Under the pieces are notes generated by a model, which saw only the letters and a list, made by a program, of their open reading frames with translations, did not search any database and was not told where the DNA came from. From the NCBI GenBank assembly GCA_018992685.1, contig JACVGT010000031.1, forward strand, positions 1 to 64,000: DNA of 64,000 bases. The letters are read 5' to 3'. Made by a program: the position numbers and the translations under genes. This DNA is from Theionarchaea archaeon. GTDB lineage: Archaea; Methanobacteriota_B; Thermococci; Methanofastidiosales; SZ-28-30. This document shows, in pieces, positions 40,455-49,927 of this stretch. The stretch's first letter is position 1; each line of letters starts with the position of its first letter.

Positions 40455-41294
40455 TCACCTCACAGACAGCAAATTGCGTATTCTCCTCACCCTCTCCTCC
40501 CTGCTGAGAGAATCTTTTGCTGGATTCCTCTCTCCATACAATTCTCTGTGGTATACTGGCTTTTTCACTTCATAGAACACTCCGATGTACAAGGGGTCCT
40601 GGATCCGGGCTGTATCAATGGCCTCTCCCAGTTTGTCTGGTGTCTCCTCCAGCAGTTTCACCTTTTCATTATACAGCCTGTATGTATCATTATACGTCAC
40701 ACATGGCTGAAGCACCTCTACCAGGGAGAATCCTTCATGTTCCACTGCCCTGACCAGCGTATCTGCCACATGGGGAATCTTTCCCGAATAGGTCCGCGCG
40801 ACAAAGGTGCCCCCTGCCTCCAGGAGGAGAGCCAGAGGATTCAAGGGGTCTTCGACACTTCCTTCAGGTGTGGACCCTCCTTTGAATCCCTTTGTGCTGG
40901 TGGGCGTAAACTGGCCCGTTGTTAACCCGTATACCTTGTTGTCATGAACGACCACAGTGATGTCTGCATTCCGCTTGGCAGCAAAGAGCACATGGGCCAA
41001 GCCTTCACCATATGCATCTCCATCACCTACAAAGGTAATAACCTTTAGATCAGGATTGGCGAACTTCATGCCCTCCACAGTGGCCATGGATCTCCCGTGG
41101 ATAGAATATAACCCACTGATCCTTAGGTAGTCAAAGATCTTCCCATGACATCCAATCCCAGCAGACATCATCAGTCTCTCTGTTCCAATCCCTTTCTCAG
41201 AGAGCATTTCCGCTGCCCTCTTCACTCCATTTAATATTCCGAAGTTACCACACCCCGGGCACCAGGTGTTCTCCGCATATGTTCTGAGTTCCAC
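40455..41294 (-). CDS. 2-oxoacid:ferredoxin oxidoreductase beta subunit
   Basis: WCPGCG, GIGC, GDGD...N.VYGLT.GQ and QPC. Confidence 0.95.
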   Translation of the reverse strand: MELRTYAENTWCPGCGNFGILNGVKRAAEMLSEKGIGTERLMMSAGIGCHGKIFDYLRISGLYSIHGRSMATVEGMKFANPDLKVITFVGDGDAYGEGLAHVLFAAKRNADITVVVHDNKVYGLTTGQFTPTSTKGFKGGSTPEGSVEDPLNPLALLLEAGGTFVARTYSGKIPHVADTLVRAVEHEGFSLVEVLQPCVTYNDTYRLYNEKVKLLEETPDKLGEAIDTARIQDPLYIGVFYEVKKPVYHRELYGERNPAKDSLSREERVRRIRNLLSVR

Positions 41295-42949
41295 TATACC
41301 GCCTCCTTGATGGCCAGTGCCAGGTTCTGTGGATCGAAGGGTCTCCCATCATACTTCGCAATAACCAGGGAATCAACCTGGGCTTTCTCTTTCAGTAGCG
41401 TGGCAAACTGCCCTGTTGAACTCTGTTCCACCACCACGGCCCTATCATATCCTGTGAATTCCCACACAGGAAACGGTCTCAAGTACACGGGCTGCACCAC
41501 GGTTGCATCAATGTCCCCTGCCCTGAGCGCTTCCAGGACACTCATGGTAGTACTCCCATAGGTCATGATAACAGGATGTCCTGGATTATACACATTGACC
41601 GTCTTAATAGTCTTCAAATACTCGTGTAACTTTGAAAGCTTCTTCTTTCTCTTGTCGTGCATGGCCACAATCTTCTCTGCTTTGTCCGAGGTTATGCCGA
41701 ATTCGTCATGTTCATAGCTGTTCCATTTTATCAGTTCAGATGACGGTGGGAACAACAACGGAGAGATCCCCGTTTCCGTAACTTCGTACCTCCTGTACTC
41801 ACCCGAGTCGTGGGAGATAAAATCTGCCCACACTGCCTTTTCTGGGTCAATATTGACAGTATGGCTGCTCTCTGAAAGGTGTCTGTCCAGAACCAGCGTC
41901 CCAGGAGTCTGAAATCTCCAGACCAACAGTAGGAGTTCTGCTGCTTTGTAGTAAGCTTCTTCAACACTCCCCGGTGCTACCACGATCCTGGGAAATTCCC
42001 CATGACCCTGGTTCACGGCAAACTCTAAGTCTCCCTGGTCAGTATAGGTAGGAACTCCTGTGGAAGGGCCGCTCCTGGAGGAGAGAACGAATACCACAGG
42101 TGCTTCAACCATTCCAGCCAAGGAGTACGTCTCTTCCATGAGGGCAAGCCCTCCTCCACTTGATCCCACCATGGTTTTTGCTCCAGCGAATGCAGCTCCC
42201 ACTGCCATGTTGGCCACAGCTATCTCATTTTCGGGATGAATGGCCACAACCTGCAAATCACTCATGTGGGCTGCCAGAAAGTGAAGGATAGATGTGGAAG
42301 GAGTCATGGGATAGGCAAAGTACATGTCCAGTCCTGCACTGTATGCACCCAGTGCTGCTGCCTGATTGCCTGTCAGGGCGGATGACTGGTGTGTTCCTTT
42401 TTCCAGATGAAATTTCCCCAGAACCTCTGAGGGAATCAACTCGTAGATCGCCCTGGCATAGTCAGCATTCTTCTCTCTATCTCGAGGATACTCTTTCTTG
42501 ATGATTTCTTCCGCCTGGTTCACAGGCATGCCAATGGCAGCGGCCAGCACTGTCACAGAACCCACACCCATTCTCAGTTCTGGATTGGGGGGATATTTTT
42601 TGGCTTCTGATTTCATAGGGATCCCTATCCCTCTGGCACCTTCTCCCACCTCGTCAGAATTATACACCACGACCCCTGTTGGCTTCACATGGGATTGATG
42701 TTCCAGATAACTCCTCTCGTCGTGAAGCACCATGAGATCTGCTTCCATGTAGTGGCTGGTGATTGTATCTGCAGCTGTGCTCACCACTGAAAAATTGTGA
42801 CCTCCCCTGATGAGACTCGGGTAATCATCCATCTCAAAAGAAGCTCTGCCCATCCTAGTAAATATGCTCATGGCCACAGTTCCCGCTTTCTTGACACCTT
42901 CGCCTGCTCTACCGCCCACTAGATAGGTAAATACTTCATTCTTCTTCAT
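41294..42949 (-). CDS. 2-oxoacid:ferredoxin oxidoreductase alpha subunit (gamma-alpha fusion)
   Basis: GG.AG.G, YPS.IRGGHN, YPMTP, E.EIA and R.GPSTGVPT. Confidence 0.95.
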   Translation of the reverse strand: MKKNEVFTYLVGGRAGEGVKKAGTVAMSIFTRMGRASFEMDDYPSLIRGGHNFSVVSTAADTITSHYMEADLMVLHDERSYLEHQSHVKPTGVVVYNSDEVGEGARGIGIPMKSEAKKYPPNPELRMGVGSVTVLAAAIGMPVNQAEEIIKKEYPRDREKNADYARAIYELIPSEVLGKFHLEKGTHQSSALTGNQAAALGAYSAGLDMYFAYPMTPSTSILHFLAAHMSDLQVVAIHPENEIAVANMAVGAAFAGAKTMVGSSGGGLALMEETYSLAGMVEAPVVFVLSSRSGPSTGVPTYTDQGDLEFAVNQGHGEFPRIVVAPGSVEEAYYKAAELLLLVWRFQTPGTLVLDRHLSESSHTVNIDPEKAVWADFISHDSGEYRRYEVTETGISPLLFPPSSELIKWNSYEHDEFGITSDKAEKIVAMHDKRKKKLSKLHEYLKTIKTVNVYNPGHPVIMTYGSTTMSVLEALRAGDIDATVVQPVYLRPFPVWEFTGYDRAVVVEQSSTGQFATLLKEKAQVDSLVIAKYDGRPFDPQNLALAIKEAV

Positions 42950-42994
42950 GGTATCACCATTCAAAAGGAAAGAAGTGTAGATGGAAGTTTTATG

Positions 42995-43831
42995 CTATAT
43001 CAAGCCGGCCTGAAATGCTCCTGATGCCAGGGTAATGATGAGCAGTACAATTGCTGTTCTACTGAGCCAAATGTGCGCCCTGCGAATACCGGGGCTGGGA
43101 GGTTTCCGCCCTAGTGAGACAATTCCCACTGCGGGTGTCAGCAACGTGACGACAAGAGTTGCTATCCCCACGTATGCATGGGACACTCTGAAATGAGGTC
43201 CTCCGCTTGCAGATACCATGTGTAATGCCAGAGAGAGACCCAGTATTACGAGAATGACTCCCAGGGTTCCTACGATCTTGTGTACTTGCAGCCAGGAGGT
43301 CTTGGGAGTTCTGTTCACTGCATTGGTTGCCGCCACAAGTGCCAGTATGAGCCCAGAAACCATCAACCCTGCATGGAATGGCCATAATTCAGGGACAGTA
43401 GTTGGAGTAATCGGCCCTCCAACAGTCAGTGACCCAGAAATAGATCCTCCTCGATTGCAGTCAGCGGTCACATCTACAGTACCTCCAGAGTCTGCAGGCA
43501 GAACAAACTGGTAGGTAAATCGGGAATCTGTGGGCTGGCTCTCGTATTCATACGTTGTCACTTCACCATTCAGGCTGATTTGGATTCGATTTACAAAGTG
43601 GGCTGCAGGATCAGAGACCGAATGGACAAGAGTGACCTGAAGCGTTTGAGAATCCACGTCGTAATCAAGCAGAATGTCAGAAGGGGGGTGAGCGCACACA
43701 GGCTGGAGCACAGCCAGAGAGCCGAGGAACAGAACGCCCAGCATGAGCACGAGACCACGAGAATGCCTCCAAGAGCTGCCCTGCTTTTGAGTTGCAGGTG
43801 ATTTCCTGAGAGATAAAGGATTTCGATTCAT
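42995..43831 (-). CDS. Exported metal-binding beta domain plus cytochrome b561-like 4-TM domain
   Basis: Signal then HPP...V.H......HFV...C..GG; TM His residues (FHA.LM, VHK, SHA..G, AH.WL.R). Confidence 0.7.
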   Translation of the reverse strand: MNRNPLSLRKSPATQKQGSSWRHSRGLVLMLGVLFLGSLAVLQPVCAHPPSDILLDYDVDSQTLQVTLVHSVSDPAAHFVNRIQISLNGEVTTYEYESQPTDSRFTYQFVLPADSGGTVDVTADCNRGGSISGSLTVGGPITPTTVPELWPFHAGLMVSGLILALVAATNAVNRTPKTSWLQVHKIVGTLGVILVILGLSLALHMVSASGGPHFRVSHAYVGIATLVVTLLTPAVGIVSLGRKPPSPGIRRAHIWLSRTAIVLLIITLASGAFQAGLI

Positions 43832-43844
43832 GTCAACCTCCTCG

Positions 43845-44132
43845 TCACTTTTTTTCAGTGAGTTCTTCCACTTCTTGCCTGCCTTCTTCCAGCTCTCGCA
43901 CCTGTTCTTCATCTATTCTCAACAGCATGGTCTGAAACTCCCCAACGTGAGTCTTCTCTTCGCCTGCAATGTCCAGAAGAACCTTCTTGATGTCTTCATC
44001 CCTGGCCACGGCTGCCATTTGCTCGTACAGGTTAATTGCGTCCAGTTCTGCAATCACTGCTGCCCTCAGAATTTCTTTATCCAGATCTTCCTTTTTTACT
44101 TTGTCCAAATTTATTGGTATTGTGGATAACAT
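43845..44132 (-). CDS. Encapsulin-associated-type ferritin-like protein (stand-alone)
   Basis: EILR.A.IAELDAINLYEQ...DIA.EEK.HVGEF. Confidence 0.88.
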   Translation of the reverse strand: MLSTIPINLDKVKKEDLDKEILRAAVIAELDAINLYEQMAAVARDEDIKKVLLDIAGEEKTHVGEFQTMLLRIDEEQVRELEEGRQEVEELTEKK

Positions 44133-44310
44133 GTTTCTTCCTCCTTACACCTATGGTCAGCCATTGTTTTAAAGTTTCTCATAATTTCCACCGAGAAAGC
44201 GACCTTTCTGGAACCGGTGGCTCCATTTCAACGTGTCCACAGGAGATTGAGCAGGACTAGAAACTCTCTGACCGGGTTCATTTCAGCGCCTCCCGCTGCC
44301 ACCGGCTTCC

Positions 44311-45138
44311 CTACTTGAGGCCCTTCCTGATAGATGCCATGGCTGCTACCAGATCTCTCCACTCCCCAGACGAGAGTCCCCCCTCAGGTTCAAGAGTTAC
44401 CAGTCCAGAGTATCCCCAGCTCTTGATAGTTCTCACTGCTTCCCAAAATCCAAATGGCGAATTATTTAATACCCAGGTAGCATTTTCCAGCGTTCCCCGA
44501 AGGTGTACATTAATAATGCGGTCTTTCACTGATTCGAACCGTTCGAGCTCGTTGTACAGAGCTGCCCATCTGATATCCAGTGTTATCCACTCAACCTGTT
44601 CCATCAACATAAAAGGAGTAGTACGCTCCGTGTGGGTGGGAACATTCTCTACACTCGCTTTGACAGTATAGGAGGGCGTGATGTCGCCTAGCCATCCACC
44701 CAGAGCGGTCACATCAACGTGTTGCTTCCATGTATCCCATAGGTGGAAAACGCAGACACCCGCTTGAAGGGACTCTGCCAGGAAGAGGGATTGTCCAATC
44801 ATGTCTTTCCCTTTCTCTATATCCTGGCTGCTGCCACACAGGTAAATTCCCACATCTCTGTTGGCATGAACAGACAAGACAGGTAGCTCCCTAAAATGAG
44901 TTATCAGGTCCTCTGTAGTGTATTTGGAGCTCTTCTCCCAGGCATTGTGTCTGTCTCCTGTGACATCGTCTCTCGGTGTGTGCTCACTGTTCCACTCTGC
45001 CAGATACTGCACTTCGAATCCATCCACTGCTGATTCCTTCAAGAGACTTTTCATCACAGTGATGGTGCCTGAGAGATCGTAATACGGCTTTCTCAGGATC
45101 GCAGTAGCAGGAGCTGAGGAAATCGCCAGGTCATGCAT
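44311..45138 (-). CDS. Sugar phosphate isomerase/epimerase TIM-barrel protein
   Basis: SVHA, VFH, SVEN.P, ITLD, NVHL and GYSG.VTLEP. Confidence 0.72.
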   Translation of the reverse strand: MHDLAISSAPATAILRKPYYDLSGTITVMKSLLKESAVDGFEVQYLAEWNSEHTPRDDVTGDRHNAWEKSSKYTTEDLITHFRELPVLSVHANRDVGIYLCGSSQDIEKGKDMIGQSLFLAESLQAGVCVFHLWDTWKQHVDVTALGGWLGDITPSYTVKASVENVPTHTERTTPFMLMEQVEWITLDIRWAALYNELERFESVKDRIINVHLRGTLENATWVLNNSPFGFWEAVRTIKSWGYSGLVTLEPEGGLSSGEWRDLVAAMASIRKGLK

Positions 45139-45249
45139 GGTATCCCCATGGTACCAGTTATTATACCCTTTCCCTGCAGCTAGCTAAAGGATCGGCATCT
45201 TCCTTCCTCTTCCACTACATTTATATACCCCATATACATACGTAATGCT

Positions 45250-45309
45250 GACCGGGAGGGTATATCCCCGAGAGGCTCGACAAACTATTGCCCCCATAAA
45301 TCTTTTTTT
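45250..45309 (+). ncRNA. Candidate ~60-nt small RNA containing copy B of the dispersed motif
   Basis: TTTATATA at 45220-45227 (TSS inferred about 45250), GGGAGGGTATATCCCCGAGAGGCTCGACAAACTATTGCCCCC, then T7 at 45303-45309. Confidence 0.5.
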
Positions 45310-45470
45310 CAAACACAATAGCCTCTAGAGGAGAGCCCATATCCCGGTTTTTCACCCGCGTTTGACAGTATGGAATGAAGAGGAAAACCAGAATAAGGGA
45401 TACTCTCCAGTAATTATTCTCCGAATCTCAAACAGTCCATCAAGATCTCACGTAGCACTATTTCCCGCGA

Positions 45471-45869
45471 TTATTCTTCTTTCTCTAAGGATTCATATAC
45501 ATATCTTCCTTTTTTGTTCCTGCTTTCTCGTTTTGTCAGTTTGCCCTTTCGTATCAGCCCTTCCAGGATTCTCTCCACACGCTCTTTGTCATTGACCTTG
45601 TACTTGTTGTTGAGAGCTGCAATAGAGAGTGATTCCTTCTTCAATCTGCTGAGGAAGTAACTAGCCAACTGTTCATCATCACGTTCATCTTCCTCGGCCT
45701 TCGGTGCCTTTTCAGGTTCAGAACCCGGTTTTGGAGGCTGAGGCTCGCTTATGGTACGTTCTCTTTCGATAATTGAAAAAATCACATCCCTGGGAGTCAT
45801 CTCCAACAGTTCTGATACTTCATCCAGTGTCTTATTTCCATGATTAAGAATATCCTTTGTCTTCGGCAT
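45471..45869 (-). CDS. Hypothetical protein with C-terminal wHTH-like domain
   Basis: GGTGGT SD before MPKTK; C-terminal LSIA.L...V..IL..L...GKL......G.Y.Y. Confidence 0.65.
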   Translation of the reverse strand: MPKTKDILNHGNKTLDEVSELLEMTPRDVIFSIIERERTISEPQPPKPGSEPEKAPKAEEDERDDEQLASYFLSRLKKESLSIAALNNKYKVNDKERVERILEGLIRKGKLTKRESRNKKGRYVYESLEKEE

Positions 45870-46062
45870 GATACCACCTATTTTTCTTCTGAAACGTGTC
45901 CCCATGACGGGGGGCAGTGATGCATCCGAGCTGTATCAGGTAAAGATCAGGCATAGCTGCACTCTTCTCTTCTCCTAGGTTTAAAAGCATTATGGATCAT
46001 TTGATTTTCCTCCTCCAGGAGTGAACGCCAACATTTATAAATCACAGAACAAAAAACCCGCA

Positions 46063-46482
46063 ATGAATAAACTGGTATATCTCTTTGTAATCATCATTGC
46101 ACTGGGAGCTGTCTATTTGCTGTTTCCGCAGGAACAATCGTTGTCTACACAGGCCACTACTCTGGAAGAGGCCGTTCTGATGGCCAGAGAACAGGACAAA
46201 CTTGTATTCCTCTACATCAATTCCCAGAACTGTCCCTACTGTCGTATTCTGGAAGAGGAGTTTGCAGAATCCGAGGAATTTCAAACAGTGGTTCATGAAG
46301 ATTACATCTGGATAACCCTGGATTTCACCCAGAACCTCAACCTGGCCAGACGGTTCGGTCTGCAGGGCCCACCTGCTATGATAATTCTGGATCAGAATGG
46401 TACTGCCATCACAGGCATACCAGGGTATCCTCCAGAGGGTGTCCGGGATGTTATTTCCATGTTGAAAGAGGTCGCGAAATGA
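46063..46482 (+). CDS. Membrane-anchored thioredoxin-like protein (SoxW/DsbD-like)
   Basis: N-terminal TM, CPYC, GPP cis-Pro loop and PGY. Confidence 0.88.
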   Translation: MNKLVYLFVIIIALGAVYLLFPQEQSLSTQATTLEEAVLMAREQDKLVFLYINSQNCPYCRILEEEFAESEEFQTVVHEDYIWITLDFTQNLNLARRFGLQGPPAMIILDQNGTAITGIPGYPPEGVRDVISMLKEVAK

Positions 46483-48254
46483 GTTTTTCGAGTTTTGATG
46501 TGCGAGAAATGTCACAAGAACTCCAAGAAATCGTGGGCATGCGGTGTAATACTGTCTACCAGATTGACCATCTGGTGAGGATCAAGCTCTTCGGAAGGGG
46601 GAGAAAAGACCTGGTCATCTCAAAAGAGGCGTTCTATGTTACGAGGTATCCACGTCGAGCTCCTCAGAAAGCCACCAACTTTGCCATGTTGCTGAGAAAA
46701 TACCTGAAGGGTTGCTGGCTGTACGGGATTACCCAAGTGAATTTTGACAGGATTGTGGAATTTCATTTTGGCTATGACCAGGAACCTCGCTTTGTTCTGG
46801 TGGCAGAGCTCTTCGGGAAAGGAAATATCATCCTGCATTCAGAGGATGAGATCATTGGAGTACTGCGCAAGGAAAAATGGAAGGATCGCATACTCTATCC
46901 TCATAAAAAGTATTCATATCCTCCCACCAGGCTATCAATTGACATTCCTTTTGCAGACTTTGAAAAACTGAAAATCCAGACAGAAAAAGATCTGGCAGTG
47001 AGCTTCAATTTTGGGAACCTGTATGCCAGAGAAATCTTTCTCAGAGCAGAGAGTTCATCTGCAGAGGACCTGTATGAAGCAATGCACTCTTTTGAAAGGA
47101 AGCCAAATATCCCTGGGGAAAACGATGTAGTCCCCTTTGAACTCTTGGTGTACCAGGATTCTGAAAAGGAATTCTTTCCAAGCTTCACTGAAGCAGTGGA
47201 TGAATTCTACAGAAGAAAAGAAGATGTCCTTGCAGGAGAGGAATTCGAATCAGAAGAAGAGAAAATCTTAAGATCACAGGAGGATGCTGTCAAAGACTTT
47301 GAGGCAAAAAGGGATTTCTACAAGACGTGTGGAGATCTCATTTACCAGAACTATGCCCTGGTGGAAGATGTGTTGAAAACTCTCATGGAAGTCAGAAAGA
47401 CCCATTCCTGGGAGGAAATCATTTCCATAATACAGGAAAGTGACAACGAAACTGCATCAAAAATCACGGATGTTGACTACCGTAACGGAAAAGTCACTGT
47501 TGCCCTGGAAGAACCCGTCACGCTTGATCTAACCTTGAATATTAATGAAAATGCGGCAGACTTCTACGAGAAGGCCAAGAAGATGGAAAGAAAAATCGTG
47601 GGTGCCAGGAAAGCCATGAAGAAACCAAGGAAGCAGAAGAAGCCATCCCTCCCAAAACGGACAATCCTGCGAAAGAGAGAATGGTACGAGACATTTCACT
47701 GGTGCCTCTCTTCTGAAGGCCATCTCATGCTCGGAGGGAGGGACACCAGGACCAATGAGCTCCTGGTTAAAAAATACATGGAGCCCAGTGATGTGTACGT
47801 TCATGCTGACATACAGGGTGCTCCTTCAGTCGTTGTGAAGAATGGGCAAAACGCATCTTCCGACACCATACTGGAGGCTGCCCAATTTGCAGCTTCCTAC
47901 TCCAGAGCGTGGAATCACTTTGGGTCTCTGGAGTGCTACTGGGTATATCCTGAGCAAGTGACCAAGAGTCCCCCTTCAGGCGAGTATTTGACTCCGGGGG
48001 CGTTCTTCATTGCAGGGTCCAAGAATTTCCTCAATGTGGACCTGGGCATTGCCCTGGGGCTGCATAAAGAGAAGATCATGGGCGGCCCTGAATCCGCAGT
48101 GAAGACTCATGCTTCAGCCTATGTAGTGGTGGGATTTGGGGACGAAAAGAAGGAAAAACTGGCCAAGCAGATTGGGAAGATACTGGACTACCCGGATATT
48201 GATGAGATCATACGGGCCCTCCCTGGAAAAGGCAGGGTTCTCAGCAGGAAGTAG
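46479..48254 (+). CDS. rqcH: Ribosome quality control Rqc2/RqcH (NFACT) protein
   Basis: FAM.LRKYL, Q.NFDRIV, ELFG.GN, WYE.F.W..SS.G...GGRD...NE, HADI.GA and EYL..GAF.I.G. Confidence 0.93.
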   Translation: MSFSSFDVREMSQELQEIVGMRCNTVYQIDHLVRIKLFGRGRKDLVISKEAFYVTRYPRRAPQKATNFAMLLRKYLKGCWLYGITQVNFDRIVEFHFGYDQEPRFVLVAELFGKGNIILHSEDEIIGVLRKEKWKDRILYPHKKYSYPPTRLSIDIPFADFEKLKIQTEKDLAVSFNFGNLYAREIFLRAESSSAEDLYEAMHSFERKPNIPGENDVVPFELLVYQDSEKEFFPSFTEAVDEFYRRKEDVLAGEEFESEEEKILRSQEDAVKDFEAKRDFYKTCGDLIYQNYALVEDVLKTLMEVRKTHSWEEIISIIQESDNETASKITDVDYRNGKVTVALEEPVTLDLTLNINENAADFYEKAKKMERKIVGARKAMKKPRKQKKPSLPKRTILRKREWYETFHWCLSSEGHLMLGGRDTRTNELLVKKYMEPSDVYVHADIQGAPSVVVKNGQNASSDTILEAAQFAASYSRAWNHFGSLECYWVYPEQVTKSPPSGEYLTPGAFFIAGSKNFLNVDLGIALGLHKEKIMGGPESAVKTHASAYVVVGFGDEKKEKLAKQIGKILDYPDIDEIIRALPGKGRVLSRK

Positions 48255-48635
48255 CGGCTTTTGCTCGACGAGCTTATTTTCTTCATTTGAAACTCGGTGG
48301 ATAATTAGAGATCGAGGTCATGACTGCACCTGGGTTGAGGGGTTGCGATCTGGGTTCTGAGAGAATAGCACCCATCATATCTGGGGTTCGAGGTAGCTAC
48401 CAAGGCGGGGTACCATGAGGTCTGTGTCATCAGACAGAGTGATGAATGTTGTCTATGAGTCTTTCCTGGCACGAATCCGTGACCTCAAAAATCCTGGAGA
48501 AAAGGGTGAGACATTGGGTGTCTATTACATGAGATCCACCAATCAGTAGCCTGAAAGAAAGCCACAGAGGTTACCGGCGATTTCTGCTATTACATTTATA
48601 TCAACTCACACGAATAGAAGTGAGTTTGTGATACC

Positions 48636-49100
48636 ATGAGAGAGATCAACTTTCGTGATGCAGACAACGCCCTGAGAGATACTGTAAAGGAATTCGATGA
48701 TACTATTACATACTGTTTTCAATGTGGCACCTGTACAGCCTCATGTCCAGTTTTTGAGGTCTATCCGGATTATAATCCACGAAAGATTATTCGAATGCTT
48801 TTACTGGGAATGAAAGAGGTCCTATCAGAAGACTTTGTGTGGTTATGCAGTTCCTGTTATGCCTGTCAGGAGAGATGTCCCCAGGGTGTTCTCATACCTC
48901 ACCTGATGAGGGCACTGACAAACATGGCTTTTTCTGAGGGGTATGTGCCCCGAGGTGTCTTGGACCAATATCAGAAAGTCAGGAAAGAAGGAGTTTTGTA
49001 CAGGGCGTCTTCGTATGACAACAGAAAGAGAAAGAACCTCGGTCTGGAAAAACGTACTGAAGAATATGATGTCTCAAAGATTTTCGAGGGACAACCATGA
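48636..49100 (+). CDS. hdrC: Heterodisulfide reductase subunit C
   Basis: CFQCGTCTASCP and W.CSSCYACQERCP. Confidence 0.92.
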   Translation: MREINFRDADNALRDTVKEFDDTITYCFQCGTCTASCPVFEVYPDYNPRKIIRMLLLGMKEVLSEDFVWLCSSCYACQERCPQGVLIPHLMRALTNMAFSEGYVPRGVLDQYQKVRKEGVLYRASSYDNRKRKNLGLEKRTEEYDVSKIFEGQP

Positions 49101-49927
49101 CATATGCTCTCTATACTGGTTGTACAACCCCTGTCGTTGCCCCAAATTATGAAGTATCTGCCAGAAGAGTGTGTGAATCCCTCGATATTGACCTTGAACT
49201 ATTGCATGCACCCTGTTGTGGCAACCCCATAAAGCCGATACGTGAGACGGAAGCAGTGGCCATGGCCCTCCACGTCCTGGGCCTGGCAGGTGACACCAAC
49301 TTGATGACCCTGTGCAGCGCGTGCAGGTCTTCTCTGCTGGAAGCCAGGGAAAAGGCCTCTCCGGAATTTCTGGATAGATTACATCTTGATGAAGAAACCA
49401 TTCAGATGCTGCAGATCAACCATTTCATACAGGTTCTGTACGAGGATATTGGACTGAATCGTCTGAGAAAAAAAATAGAAAGACCATTGGACGTCAGAGT
49501 GGCTGTGCATTATGGGTGCCACTTGTACCGTCCTGCTTCTCTCTACAGAGAGGACCCTGAATACCCTCATTCACTGGATGATCTGGTGGAAATCTGTGGA
49601 GCACATTCAGTTTCGTACAGGAGGAAATCCATGTGCTGTGGCTCTCCTGTCATGGGAGTGAATTTTGATGTATCAATGGAAATGACTGCCAGGAAACTGC
49701 AGGATATTAAGGAGAAGGCAGATATCATGATTATCACCTGTTCTGGATGCGGATTCATGTTTGATAGGAAGCAGAAAAGTGCAGAGTCCTTTGCAGGAGA
49801 GTTGAATATTCCTGTCCTGTACTATTCTCAGTTTCTTGGGTTGGCCCTGGGGATTCCTCCCGAGACCCTGGGATTTGAAATTAACAGAGTGCCAGTGAAA
49901 TCATTCCTGGAGAAGGTGCTGCCGTGA
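49097..49927 (+). CDS. hdrB: Heterodisulfide reductase subunit B
   Basis: Two CCG domains: YTGC...CCG...CSAC and HYGCH...CCG...CSGC. Confidence 0.93.
   Translation: MTYALYTGCTTPVVAPNYEVSARRVCESLDIDLELLHAPCCGNPIKPIRETEAVAMALHVLGLAGDTNLMTLCSACRSSLLEAREKASPEFLDRLHLDEETIQMLQINHFIQVLYEDIGLNRLRKKIERPLDVRVAVHYGCHLYRPASLYREDPEYPHSLDDLVEICGAHSVSYRRKSMCCGSPVMGVNFDVSMEMTARKLQDIKEKADIMIITCSGCGFMFDRKQKSAESFAGELNIPVLYYSQFLGLALGIPPETLGFEINRVPVKSFLEKVLP

Noticed and set aside
45245-45328. 27-aa ORF MLTGRVYPREARQTIAP... over the candidate sRNA
   Set aside because: The ATG lies upstream of the inferred TSS, the T-tract falls inside the ORF, and the second motif copy lacks an equivalent start
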